From: Alphaproteobacteria bacterium
GTDB taxonomy: Bacteria; Pseudomonadota; Alphaproteobacteria; UBA828
DNA length: 64,000 bases
NCBI GenBank assembly: GCA_965220745.1
Contig: CBDCQT010000013.1
Location: forward strand, 992,001-1,056,000
Reading direction: 5' to 3'
Shown: in pieces, positions 49,601 to 58,320 of the stretch
Layout: each line of letters starts with the position of its first letter
How positions within the stretch are numbered: the stretch's first letter is position 1
Program-made: the position numbers and the translations under genes
Notes under the pieces: model-generated
Database searches by the model: none
What the model saw: only the letters and a program-made list of their open reading frames with translations
What the model was told of the DNA's origin: nothing

Positions 49601-49731
49601 AAAGCGATGAGGCCTTCATCCTCGCTGCGGGCCGCGTTCTCGCGCCAGCGCTCCCAGCAGAGCGCAAGCGCCGCTTCGTCCGCAGGCAGGGGAGGCCGGG
49701 CCGCCTCCTTCCATTCAGGCGCTATGTTCAC
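46696..49731 (-). CDS. glnE: glutamine synthetase adenylyltransferase/adenylyl-removing enzyme
   Basis: GMGKLGAGELNYSSDVD, FRTDLRLRPD, WERAA, VKLGRGGIREIEF; the second repeat is degenerate (see findings). Confidence 0.95.
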   Translation of the reverse strand: MNIAPEWKEAARPPLPADEAALALCWERWRENAARSEDEGLIAFAEASEADATTNALLAALFGNSRYLSHCLTADQEFAQILIEQGAEAAYATARALAADTRALGEESRQQVMKRLRVAKRRASLAIGMADIAAVWPLERVTGALSDIASVTLSAVCTHLLRNLHDRGKLALPDPDAPEQGSGLIILGMGKLGAGELNYSSDVDIIVLFDEEVASDPSGDGLQQIFARLARHLVTIMDERTADGYVFRTDLRLRPDPASTAAALSVRAAEAYYATTGENWERAAMIKAKPVAGDIEAGNGFLERLQPFVWRRHLDFAAIQNIRAIKRQIDAHRGIGQIAVVGHNVKLGRGGIREIEFLAQTQQLIWGGRDPALRVRGTRQAFDLLVEAGHMRRQAVEELMEAYTFHRTVEHRLQMADDRQTHSLPDDEDGVAQVATFLGYDSLEDFTETLLARLRTVERHYATLFEDEPSLTATGTLDLSPDGDGDATLETLASMGYAHPERAFETLKAWHEGRYRAVRGEEARERLAELLPTILDLFAAWPDPDSALALFDGFLARLPAGSHLFSMFAAHPELFDLITEIMGSAPRLAGWLEHRPMLLDSVLSREFSDLDVPDADDLGPELATIARRGLVRVFYQREFGTEEMKAELGDIALRERDLQDFLDAERRWANDKIFHIGVHMLRGLLFPVEAATPLSDIADACLGATWPVVAKTFAATHGRVPGGQLAVVALGRLGSREMTVTSPLDLMLVYDHPPNAAESDGRKALAPDRYYGQLSRRYVAAIRAATAEGTLYDVDMRPRPSGNAGPIVTSLEAFIEHFGAVVPAWQHQALARARVVWAEGDLEERFEDARRTALANAPPPEDLAAQLVTLREEVRGESADEDIWAIEQKRGGLLDTEFVAQYLQLSHAAEIDGVLAGDSAAVFEAAGSHGLIEPEAAQELADAATLWRNLHGILSLTVEEGFVEATAPPALLAVIERACDVTNIDSLKEAMRETAARTAGHYDRLLGNGDA

Positions 49732-49799
49732 GGGCGCTCTCGGGCCATCATGGGTTGCGCCCCGGATGACGGGGGGCTGGTGAGTGGGAGGAATTCGAC

Positions 49800-50630
49800 A
49801 TGCCGAAGGTCATGGCCAACGGAATCAATATGTACTACGAGCTGATGGGCAAAGGCGACCCGTTGGCGCTGATCGGCGGCTCGCTTTTCGGGCGGCAGAA
49901 CTTCGCGATGGTGTGGGAGGGGTTGGCCGAGGAGTTCCAGCTCATCAGCTACGATCAGCGGGGCTACGGCCAGACCGACCGCCCCCTGATGCGCTACGAC
50001 CTCGATATCTGGGCCGACGACCTGGCGGCGCTGCTCGACGAACTGCAGATCGAACGTGCGCATGTGATGGGCACGTCGGCCGGCGGCATGATCGCGCTGA
50101 AGTTCGCGGCGAAGTATCCCGACCGCTGCATCGGCGTGGTGAGCGACTGTGCCTTTGCCAAGTGCGACACCATGCGGCGCATCATGTTCCGCACCTGGCG
50201 CCACATGGCGCAGACCTGGGGCTGCGGGCCCGAATTCGCCGATCACGTGGTGACGCAGGCGGTCGGCGCGGACTTCCTCGACGGCCCCAACGGCCAGCCC
50301 CTGATCGAGATGGTGCGCACCATCGTGGGGCTGAACGCGGTCGAGACCGTGGTGCAGGCCTGCATCGCCATGGAGGAGATGGACCTGCGCGAGGACTGCA
50401 GGAAGATCAGGAACCCGACGCTGGTGATTACCGCCGCCAAGGACATGCTGACCCCGATGGTGACGGGGCCCGACGGCGCCGGCGCGCAGTGGGTCGTGGA
50501 CAACGTGCCGGGCTGCGAGGCGATCGTCTACGAGGACATCGGCCACGCCGACCTGGTGGAGTGCCCGGAGAAGACCATCGCATCGGCCACCGCCTTCCTC
50601 CATCGCGCGAAAGAGCAGGTGCTGGGGTAG
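49800..50630 (+). CDS. alpha/beta hydrolase (3-oxoadipate enol-lactonase-like)
   Basis: YDQRGYG, GTSAGG nucleophile elbow, KD and GH catalytic residues. Confidence 0.88.
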   Translation: MPKVMANGINMYYELMGKGDPLALIGGSLFGRQNFAMVWEGLAEEFQLISYDQRGYGQTDRPLMRYDLDIWADDLAALLDELQIERAHVMGTSAGGMIALKFAAKYPDRCIGVVSDCAFAKCDTMRRIMFRTWRHMAQTWGCGPEFADHVVTQAVGADFLDGPNGQPLIEMVRTIVGLNAVETVVQACIAMEEMDLREDCRKIRNPTLVITAAKDMLTPMVTGPDGAGAQWVVDNVPGCEAIVYEDIGHADLVECPEKTIASATAFLHRAKEQVLG

Positions 50631-50734
50631 GCAGTGCTGGCGCGGCGCCGATACCGGCTGCGGTCATAACTGCGCTTTCCCGCGCTTGATGCGACGCGCC
50701 ACGATGTGCATGTTTCGGCCAGAGGGGAAATGCC

Positions 50735-50932
50735 ATGCGAAAGAAGCTGAACGCATCAGCGCCTGGAAGCCCGAGGTCCAGTTGTCACAGCAAGGCCTCT
50801 CCGCCGCTCGCGAACAAGGGAAGCACATCAACCAAGCCCAAGGCGCTCCGTGTTTCGTCGACTTCCCAGCGTGTGATCGAGAAGACCTCGGTCAAGCGGA
50901 GAGAGGCTATGAAGGCGCTGGCAAATCGGTAA
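50735..50932 (+). CDS. putative antitoxin of Doc module (65 aa)
   Basis: GAGGGG RBS; C-terminus [11 protein letters not shown] resembles Doc-neutralising helices; stop overlaps the start of the Doc ORF. Confidence 0.55.
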   Translation: MRKKLNASAPGSPRSSCHSKASPPLANKGSTSTKPKALRVSSTSQRVIEKTSVKRREAMKALANR

Positions 50933-51311
50933 GAGGCATTACCGGGTAACGTGGGCCGATGCGGTTTATGGCCACGAGGAGGCGCTGAAGGATGGCGGCA
51001 GACCTGGCCTTCTGAACGAACACGGCATTCTATCCGCGCTCGCTCGCCCTTATGACGGTTACCATCGACGGATACACGAAAAGGCGGCCGCTCTGATTCA
51101 CGGCGTCGTCTGCAATCACGGTTTCATAGATGCGAACAAGCGCACGGCTTTGTACTTGGTCGAGCTATTGGTGCAACGCAGCGGTTATGAATTCGTCGAA
51201 ACTGACGAAGAAGTCGTCGAAACAATTCTCGCTGTTGCCAGGGGCGAAGTGGGATACGAAGAACTGACTGACTGGTTCAGCGAACGTATCGTTCGGATCG
51301 ACCCGAAGTGA
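50925..51311 (+). CDS. doc: Fic/Doc (death-on-curing) toxin, missed by ORF track
   Basis: 128-aa open frame [21 protein letters not shown]...LSALARP...KAAAL...[12 protein letters not shown]...; no ATG/GTG/TTG before the catalytic motif. Confidence 0.85.
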   Translation: MGKRHYRVTWADAVYGHEEALKDGGRPGLLNEHGILSALARPYDGYHRRIHEKAAALIHGVVCNHGFIDANKRTALYLVELLVQRSGYEFVETDEEVVETILAVARGEVGYEELTDWFSERIVRIDPK

Positions 51312-51387
51312 CCGGTCCGGTGGCTGGCTTGGGCGGGCTGTGGTAGACAGCGGCCGATGGAGTCCCCGGCCGGGTGGAGGAGCGACG

Positions 51388-52692
51388 ATGACGACGAACG
51401 GCTCCGGTGAGGGACGGCGCGAGAGCGTCGGTGTGCGGGTCGGCAGCGTCATGATCGGCGGTGGCGCGCCGGTCGTCGTCCAGTCCATGACCAACACCGA
51501 CACCGAAGACGCCCGCGCCACGGCGGAGCAGGTCAGGGCGCTGACCGACGCGGGCTCCGAGATCGTGCGCATCACGGTCAACACGCCCGAGGCTGCCGCC
51601 GCGGTGCCCGACATTCGCGAGCGGCTGGAGGCGATGGGCTGCCACGTGCCGCTGGTCGGCGACTTCCACTACAACGGCCACCGGCTGCTCACCGAGTATC
51701 CGGCCTGCGCCGAGGCGCTCGCCAAGTACCGGATCAATCCGGGCAACGTGGGCTTCCGCGAGAAGCGCGACCGGCAGTTCCAGACCATGATCGAGGTCGC
51801 GCTCAAGTACGACCGGCCGGTGCGCATCGGGGTGAATTGGGGCAGCCTCGACCAGGACCTGCTGGCCGAGCTGATGGACGAGAACGCAGCCCGGCCCGAG
51901 CCCAAGGACGCCGCCGGGGTGATGCGCGAGGCGCTGGTGGAGTCGGGCTTGCGCAGCGCGGCGCTGGCCGAGGAGATCGGACTCGCGCGGGACAAGATCG
52001 TGATCTCGGCGAAGGTATCGCAGGTGCAGGACCTGATTGCGGTCTACGGCGAGCTCGGCGCGCGCAGCGACTATGCGCTCCATCTCGGGCTCACCGAGGC
52101 GGGCATGGGCTCCAAGGGCATCGTGGCCTCGACCGCCGCGCTGTCTGTGCTGCTGCAGCAGGGCATCGGCGACACCATCCGCATCTCGCTCACGCCGGAG
52201 CCCGGCGGCGACCGCACCCAGGAGGTGATCGTCGCGCAGGAGATCCTGCAGACCATGGGCTTCCGCTCCTTCGTGCCGCTGGTGGCGGCGTGCCCCGGCT
52301 GCGGGCGCACCACGAGCACGGTGTTTCAGGAGCTCGCCGAGCGCATCCAGGACTATGTGCGCCGGCAGATGCCGGTCTGGCGCGAGACCTACGAGGGGGT
52401 CGAGACCATGCAGCTCGCCGTCATGGGCTGCATCGTCAACGGGCCCGGCGAGAGCAAGCATGCCGACATCGGCATCAGCCTGCCGGGGACCGGCGAGGCG
52501 CCGGCGGCGCCAGTCTTCATCGACGGCAAGAAGGCGGTGACGCTGCGCGGTGCGGGCATCGCCGAGGAATTTCAGAAGATCGTCGCCGACTACGTGGCGA
52601 GCCGCTATCCACGTCGCGCTGGGGCGAGCGGCGCAGGTGATGCGGGAGCGGCAGGGGAAGAAGTCAGCTCTGCCCAGCATCCCGACGCCTGA
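51388..52692 (+). CDS. ispG: (E)-4-hydroxy-3-methylbut-2-enyl-diphosphate synthase
   Basis: [49 protein letters not shown]. Confidence 0.97.
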   Translation: MTTNGSGEGRRESVGVRVGSVMIGGGAPVVVQSMTNTDTEDARATAEQVRALTDAGSEIVRITVNTPEAAAAVPDIRERLEAMGCHVPLVGDFHYNGHRLLTEYPACAEALAKYRINPGNVGFREKRDRQFQTMIEVALKYDRPVRIGVNWGSLDQDLLAELMDENAARPEPKDAAGVMREALVESGLRSAALAEEIGLARDKIVISAKVSQVQDLIAVYGELGARSDYALHLGLTEAGMGSKGIVASTAALSVLLQQGIGDTIRISLTPEPGGDRTQEVIVAQEILQTMGFRSFVPLVAACPGCGRTTSTVFQELAERIQDYVRRQMPVWRETYEGVETMQLAVMGCIVNGPGESKHADIGISLPGTGEAPAAPVFIDGKKAVTLRGAGIAEEFQKIVADYVASRYPRRAGASGAGDAGAAGEEVSSAQHPDA

Positions 52693-52733
52693 CACGCCCG
52701 CAGCTGCTCTCGCTGCCTCCTTCCGACTCTAGC

Positions 52734-53846
52734 GTGGACGCCGCGGCCCTCCAGCCTGCCCGCCGTGGCGGCATCGCGTCAGAACGAGTCGCGCGCCAAC
52801 GCCACGCCGTCGCCTGCTGGCTGCTCGCGCTCGCCGGCCTCGTGCTTGCGATGGTCGTGCTCGGCGGGATCACACGCCTCCACCACGCGGGCCTCTCGAT
52901 CGTGGACTGGCGGCCGCTGGTCGGCGTGCTGCCGCCGTTCGGCGAGGAGGCATGGCAGGCGCTCTTCGCCGACTACAAGCGCTTCCCCGAGTACCAGGAA
53001 ATCAACCGGGGCATGACCCTCGACGAGTTCAAGGGAATCTTCTGGCTGGAGTATGCGCACCGGCTGCTGGGGCGCATCGTCGGCATCGCCTTCGCGCTGC
53101 CCTTCCTCTGGTTCCTGATCCGGCGCGCCTTCGACTGGCCGCTGGGTCTCAAGGTGCTGGCCATTGGGGTTCTCGGCGGGCTCCAGGGGCTGCTCGGCTG
53201 GTACATGGTGCAGAGCGGGCTGGTAGACCGGCCCGACGTGAGCCCCTACCGGCTTGCCGCCCACCTTGGGCTCGCCGTGGCGATCTACGGCTGCCTCATC
53301 TGGGTGGCGCTCGGCCTCCTGACGGGAAGCACGATTGAGCGCGTCCGCCAGACAGGCCGCTGGCGCGGCGCCGTGTGGGGAGCCACGGGACTGGTGTTCC
53401 TGACGATCACCTCGGGCGCCTTCGTCGCCGGCAACGACGCGGGCCTCGCCTACAACACGTTTCCGCTGATGGCCGATGCCATCGTGCCGCCGGACATATT
53501 CCTGATCGAGCCACTATGGCGGAACTTCTTCGAGACCGTGCCGCTGGTGCAGCTCGACCACCGCCTGCTGGCGATGCTCACCGCTCTGGTCGTGATCCTG
53601 CTCTGGGCCGCTGCGCTACGCTGGCTGGGGCCGACACCGGCGCGGGTCGCGTTTCACGCGGCGGCAGGGGCAGTGCTCGGCCAGTTCGTGCTCGGGATTG
53701 CCACGCTGCTCACCTTCGTGCCGGTGCCGCTGGGCGCGGCGCATCAGGTGGGCGCGATGGTGGTGTTCACGGCGATTCTGGTCGCGCTTCGCCTGCTGTA
53801 TCCGGTGCGGGCGGCTCCGCCTCCTGCGCCGCCTTCCGGCCCTTGA
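52734..53846 (+). CDS. ctaA: heme A synthase (COX15/CtaA)
   Basis: GGITRL...GLSIVDW, FWLEYAHRLLGR, GWYMVQSGL, RLAAHL, HR and HQ heme ligands. Confidence 0.93.
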   Translation: MDAAALQPARRGGIASERVARQRHAVACWLLALAGLVLAMVVLGGITRLHHAGLSIVDWRPLVGVLPPFGEEAWQALFADYKRFPEYQEINRGMTLDEFKGIFWLEYAHRLLGRIVGIAFALPFLWFLIRRAFDWPLGLKVLAIGVLGGLQGLLGWYMVQSGLVDRPDVSPYRLAAHLGLAVAIYGCLIWVALGLLTGSTIERVRQTGRWRGAVWGATGLVFLTITSGAFVAGNDAGLAYNTFPLMADAIVPPDIFLIEPLWRNFFETVPLVQLDHRLLAMLTALVVILLWAAALRWLGPTPARVAFHAAAGAVLGQFVLGIATLLTFVPVPLGAAHQVGAMVVFTAILVALRLLYPVRAAPPPAPPSGP

Positions 53847-54531
53847 CGAAGCGCTTGATGAGCCGGGGCATGAAGCCGATCAGGCCGAGCACGGCGAGGC
53901 CGAGCAGGGCGTTCTGAACCAGATCGCCGTCGCCGGTGGCGAGCGAGCGCCCGGCGTGGCCGAGGTAGGCGTATGCCGCCGCGCCCGGCGCCATGAAGAC
54001 GACCGACGCCAACGCATAGGCCACGAGGCGGATGCGCGTGAGCCCCAGCGCGTAGTTGAGCGCGTTGAAGGGGATGAAGGGGATCAGCCGGGTCATGGCG
54101 ACGAAGCGCCAGCCTTCGTCCTCAACGCCCTCGATCACCCGTTGCACCCGCGCCGGCGTGCGCGCGGCGATCCAGTCGGCCAGCACGTAGCGAGCGACGA
54201 GGAAGGCGATGGTCGCGCCCACCGTCGCGCCGATCAGGGCGATGAGCGTGCCGACGTAGGGGCCGAAGAGGGCGCCGGCCGCGAGCGTGAACAGCAGGCC
54301 GGGCAGGAAGAGCACCGTGGCAAGCACATAGGCGAGGAAGAAGACCGCCGGCGCCCAGGGGCCGAAGCCGGTGATCCAGGCTTCCAGTGCCGCCGAATCG
54401 ATACTGTCCCGATTCATCACGGCGACGACGATGCCCGCGATAACAACGGCCAGCAGCAGAAGGCGCGGCAGCGCCTTGCGCAGGCGCTGGAGGCGGGGGA
54501 TTTGGGGGGAAGTGCTCACAGTCGTGGTCAT
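53767..54531 (-). CDS. TVP38/TMEM64 (DedA/VTT) family membrane protein
   Basis: TLAAGALFGP, RLIPFIPFNALNYALGLT; ATGA overlap with the yeeE-like stop; convergent overlap with ctaA. Confidence 0.9.
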   Translation of the reverse strand: MTTTVSTSPQIPRLQRLRKALPRLLLLAVVIAGIVVAVMNRDSIDSAALEAWITGFGPWAPAVFFLAYVLATVLFLPGLLFTLAAGALFGPYVGTLIALIGATVGATIAFLVARYVLADWIAARTPARVQRVIEGVEDEGWRFVAMTRLIPFIPFNALNYALGLTRIRLVAYALASVVFMAPGAAAYAYLGHAGRSLATGDGDLVQNALLGLAVLGLIGFMPRLIKRFVKGRKAAQEAEPPAPDTAGEARPESP

Positions 54532-55763
54532 GCGCGAACTCCTTCTGCGGCTGGTGCCGCAGCGCGATCGAGACCGAACAGGGGGCGCAGACGCGCGCCG
54601 AGCGCCGCGCCGGGAAGGGCGGCCAGCAGCCAGAGCCAGCCGTGCACGCTGCCTGAGGCGATGCCACTGAAGAGGGCGCCGATGTTGCAGCCGAAGGCCA
54701 GCCTGGCGCCGTAGCCGAGCAGAAGGCCGCCGATCACCGCGCTCGCCACGGCGCCGAGGGTGAGCCGGCTGCGGGAGGCGAAGCGGCCGGCGAGCGCGGC
54801 GCCCAGCAGCGCGCCCAGGATCAGGCCCACGTTCATTACCGACACGGTGTCGTGTTCCACACCGGCGGCGAGCTTTCGCGCCGGCCCGGGCCACTGCCAG
54901 AAGGTCCAGTCGGCGATGCCGAAACCCAGGGCATCGGCCAGTGAGGCGCCCCAGAGCGCGAAGCCCCAGGTAACGCTCCACGGATGGCCCGCGATCAGCA
55001 GCGTCGCGAGGTTGAGGAGCGCCAGGGCGAGTGCGCCCCAGGCGAGCGGCCAGCCTCCATGCAGCAACCGCTCGCGCCAGTCGCTGCCGCCGCCCCACAG
55101 GAGGGGCTCGTGGGTGCCGTGGCGCCGCCGCTCCAGGTAGAGCGCGCCCAGCACGAGGAGGCCGATGGCGGCAAGCTGAACCGCGAGGCCCGCCGGCCAG
55201 CCAAGTGTGTTGGGGATCGAGAGCGCGGCGAGCCGGGGCTGGTCGAGCCACCAGGGCAGGTGCGCCGTGCCGATCACCGAGCCCGCGATGAAGGCGCCAA
55301 GCGTGATCGCCATGCGAAGGCTGCCGGTGCCGGCGCCGCTCAAGGTGCCGGAGGCGCAGCCGCCGCCGAGCTGCATGCCGATGCCGAACAGGAAGGCCCC
55401 GAGCGCAACGGAGACTCCGACGGGCGCCAGCGCGCCGCCAAGCCCCTGGCCGAACGCGCTGCCGCCGGCGAGCAGCGGCGCGAACGCGATGCTTGCTGCG
55501 GCGATCATCAGGAGTTGCGCCCGGACGCCCGCGCCACGGCGGTCCACCAGAAGCCGTCGGGTCGACGAGGCGAAGCCGAAGAGCGCGTGGTGGAGAGCCA
55601 GTCCTGCCAGACCGCCTACGACCAGCAACGCCGCCAAGCGTCCGTCCACCGTGATCGCGAGCGCGACGATGCCGGCGGCGATCAGTGCTCCCGCCACAGC
55701 TATGACCGCGACCTGCGGTCGTGCTGAAGGTATGGCGGCGGCCGTTGGCATGGCGGTGCTCAT
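54528..55763 (-). CDS. YeeE/YedE family sulfur-compound (thiosulfate) transporter
   Basis: FGIGMQLGGGCASG and GYGARLAFGCNIG motifs. Confidence 0.9.
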   Translation of the reverse strand: MSTAMPTAAAIPSARPQVAVIAVAGALIAAGIVALAITVDGRLAALLVVGGLAGLALHHALFGFASSTRRLLVDRRGAGVRAQLLMIAAASIAFAPLLAGGSAFGQGLGGALAPVGVSVALGAFLFGIGMQLGGGCASGTLSGAGTGSLRMAITLGAFIAGSVIGTAHLPWWLDQPRLAALSIPNTLGWPAGLAVQLAAIGLLVLGALYLERRRHGTHEPLLWGGGSDWRERLLHGGWPLAWGALALALLNLATLLIAGHPWSVTWGFALWGASLADALGFGIADWTFWQWPGPARKLAAGVEHDTVSVMNVGLILGALLGAALAGRFASRSRLTLGAVASAVIGGLLLGYGARLAFGCNIGALFSGIASGSVHGWLWLLAALPGAALGARLRPLFGLDRAAAPAAEGVRA

Positions 55764-55822
55764 GGAATTGACTATTGGGCGCGTGCCGGGCGCGCGCCAA
55801 TAACATTATCTTGAGGGTGCTA

Positions 55823-56692
55823 TTACCAAACGAACGTCGAAAGCGCCTTGCTCGGCCTGACCCTCGCCGCCCGACAGGCCTCCTCCAACGCGCGGGCGCT
55901 CGGCGCCTCTCCCGGTGCGAGGTCGAGCGCGTCGGCCAGCAGGCCGCCGGTAATCAGCAGTGAATCGAGGCCGGCGGCGGCAGCGCCCGCGATATCGGTG
56001 GCGAGGCCGTCGCCGACCGCAAGCACACGGGCGGGCGGGAGGCCGAGCGCCGCCAGAGCCAAATCGTAGACCTCGGGGTAGGGCTTGCCGAAGTAGCGCA
56101 CGCGGCCGCCGAGCTCTTCGTAGCGGGCGGCAAGCGCACCGGCGCAGGGCTCCTGGACTCCAAGCCGGATCACGACAAGGTCGGGATTGACGCAAATCAT
56201 GGGCAGGTCGCGGGTGGCTGCGGCCTGCAGGATCGGCTCGTGGGCTTCCACCGTGTTGCAACCGTCGTCGAGGCCGATGCCGAGCAGAAATTCCGCCTCA
56301 GCGATGTCGCCGACGGGGGCATAGCCCAGACCGTCGATCACGTCGTCGGACCAGGGTGGCCCGAGCAGGTGGTAGCGGGTACCGAGCCCGTCAGCAGCGG
56401 GGTGCGAGTGGTCGGCAAGGGCCTGCCGCGTGGCATCGCCCGAAGCGACCACGGCGTCGTAAAGCGCCGCATCGACACCCTTGCCGTCGAGGGTAGTTTC
56501 GACCTGATGAGCGAGCCGCGGCGCATTGGAGAGGAACACCACCCGCTTGCCGGCCGCGCGCAGCCGGCGCACGCAGGCAACCGCCTCGGGGTAGGCCGGT
56601 CCACCCTGATGCATCACGCCCCAGACATCGAGGATATAGCCGTCATAATCCGCCGCGAGCGCGGCCAGGCCGGGAACGATTGGAATCGTCAT
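55823..56692 (-). CDS. HAD-IIA hydrolase (TIGR01459-like)
   Basis: LDVWGV, LSNAPR, CVNPD, GKP, VGDGLATDI. Confidence 0.9.
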   Translation of the reverse strand: MTIPIVPGLAALAADYDGYILDVWGVMHQGGPAYPEAVACVRRLRAAGKRVVFLSNAPRLAHQVETTLDGKGVDAALYDAVVASGDATRQALADHSHPAADGLGTRYHLLGPPWSDDVIDGLGYAPVGDIAEAEFLLGIGLDDGCNTVEAHEPILQAAATRDLPMICVNPDLVVIRLGVQEPCAGALAARYEELGGRVRYFGKPYPEVYDLALAALGLPPARVLAVGDGLATDIAGAAAAGLDSLLITGGLLADALDLAPGEAPSARALEEACRAARVRPSKALSTFVW

Positions 56693-56749
56693 CGGGCGCC
56701 CTTGTCCCATCCGCCGTGCCGATTTGCAAAGTGCGCCGGCGGATGGGCG

Positions 56750-56823
56750 GCGTTTGAGGGATGCACGAAACGCATCGGTGGCCTGCGACGGACGCGGTTT
56801 TCCTCTCTCGGGAACCGCTCTAG
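56750..56823. repeat. degenerate second copy of the 2823-2971 palindromic element
   Basis: GCGTTT-N5-ATGCACGAAACGC, internal GGCCTGC, and terminal hairpin followed by CGCTCTA, in the same order as the first copy. Confidence 0.45.
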
Positions 56824-56867
56824 AGTGTTATGGGCGCGAGGCCAATGACAGAAAAGGGAGGGTGGTC

Positions 56868-58172
56868 ATGAGAATTCGTCATCTGTTGATCGGAGTCGCC
56901 GCGGCAGCGGTGGCCGTCTGGTCGCTTACGACGGCAGCGCCCGCTGCCGACCCCATCAAAGTCGGTTACATCGGCTCCTTCGATACCGATACCGGAAAGA
57001 GCACGATCCGAGGCACCGAGATCGCCATCGAGGAGCTCAACGCCGCCGGCGGCGTGCTCGGCGGGCGCATGATCGAGCTGGTCATGGCCGATACGCGCGA
57101 GGACGTGCAGGAAGGCATCCGGGCCTACGAGTATCTCAACGAAGTCGAGAACGTGGACTTCATCATCTCGGGCTGCATCGACGACGTGTCGCTGGGCTGG
57201 CTCGAGCGCATGGCGGAGTACCGGACGCCGACCCTCGACACCTGGACCTCTTACGTCGGCATCATCGACAAGGTCGTCGAGGAGTACGAGAAGTACAAGA
57301 TGTACTTCATGAACGTGTCCAACGACTACGCGCTCGCGATTCTCTACGTCGACTTCGGCAAGGACGTGCTCGCCAAGAAGATGGGCTGGAAGACCGTGTA
57401 CGTGCTGCAGGAGGACACTGCGTTCGGCGGCGGCGTGTACGAGCTGATCGAGCAGGTGCTGGCACCTGAGGCCGGCATCGAGATCATCGGTCACACCGTC
57501 TACGACACCAACACGGTCGACTTCGGGCCGATCTACAACAAGGCAGTGGCGGCGGAGCCCGACTTCATCTACTCGATCGCGGCGGTGCGCAGCCAGGTGC
57601 CGGCCTCGCAGTACGTGAAGCTCGAGGTGCCGGTGCCGATGACCGGGATCAACGTCTCGGCCTTCGCCCGGGAGTTCTGGGACGACACCGGCGGCCTCGG
57701 CGGCGGCATCTCGACGCTGAGCCCGGTGCCTTCGATCGGCTCGGAAATCGACCCGCGTACGCAGGACTTCCTCGACAGGTACGCCGCCAAGTACGGCGAT
57801 TCGCGGCCGGTCTTCCCGCACTTCAACGGCTTCAACGCCTACTACGGGATGCTCAACGCCTTCGCCGCGGCCGAGCGCGCTGGCGGCTTCGCGCCGCTCG
57901 ACGACTGGGTCCGCGAGATGGAGAACGACGACATCGTCATCGAGAAGGACGGCGAGATCTGGCTCCGTTACGCCTTCTGGAAGCCGGGCGAGATCGAGCC
58001 CCGGACCCAGCGGGAGTACACCCACAACATCAAGTTCGACATCAATCCGCCCTATGACGAAGGGGCGCCGTCGATGGTCGTCATCCAGTGGTACTCGGAC
58101 GGCACGACCAAGGTGGTGTATCCGCCGAAATACGCCAACGGCGAGTTCGAGGTGCCGGACTGGTTGAAGTAG
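56868..58172 (+). CDS. Liv-type ABC transporter substrate-binding protein
   Basis: Signal peptide; PIKVGYI, IAIEELNAAGGVLGGR. Confidence 0.88.
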   Translation: MRIRHLLIGVAAAAVAVWSLTTAAPAADPIKVGYIGSFDTDTGKSTIRGTEIAIEELNAAGGVLGGRMIELVMADTREDVQEGIRAYEYLNEVENVDFIISGCIDDVSLGWLERMAEYRTPTLDTWTSYVGIIDKVVEEYEKYKMYFMNVSNDYALAILYVDFGKDVLAKKMGWKTVYVLQEDTAFGGGVYELIEQVLAPEAGIEIIGHTVYDTNTVDFGPIYNKAVAAEPDFIYSIAAVRSQVPASQYVKLEVPVPMTGINVSAFAREFWDDTGGLGGGISTLSPVPSIGSEIDPRTQDFLDRYAAKYGDSRPVFPHFNGFNAYYGMLNAFAAAERAGGFAPLDDWVREMENDDIVIEKDGEIWLRYAFWKPGEIEPRTQREYTHNIKFDINPPYDEGAPSMVVIQWYSDGTTKVVYPPKYANGEFEVPDWLK

Positions 58173-58187
58173 GCGTCGCTATAGTTT

Positions 58188-58285
58188 CCGGGCGCGGCCT
58201 CACGGGTCGCGCCCGGTCTAATTTGTCTGTAGCCTGTCTGTAGCCGGCCGGAGCAGACCATGTTGGCGCTGCTTCGGCCGCTACA
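58188..58285 (+). other. two stem-loops and an 11-bp tandem duplication after the SBP gene
   Basis: CCGGGCGCGGCC/GGTCGCGCCCGG hairpin; TGTCTGTAGCC x2 (58224-58245); TGTAGC...GCTACA hairpin (58239-58285). Confidence 0.5.
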
Positions 58286-58320
58286 CGAATGTCGATTCGA
58301 CGGCGGGTGAGCCGACCCGG

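Noticed and set aside
53767-53846. 80-bp convergent overlap of ctaA and the TVP38 gene as a regulatory feature
   Set aside because: Both tails are low-complexity Pro/Ala extensions; such overlaps are common in GC-rich genomes.
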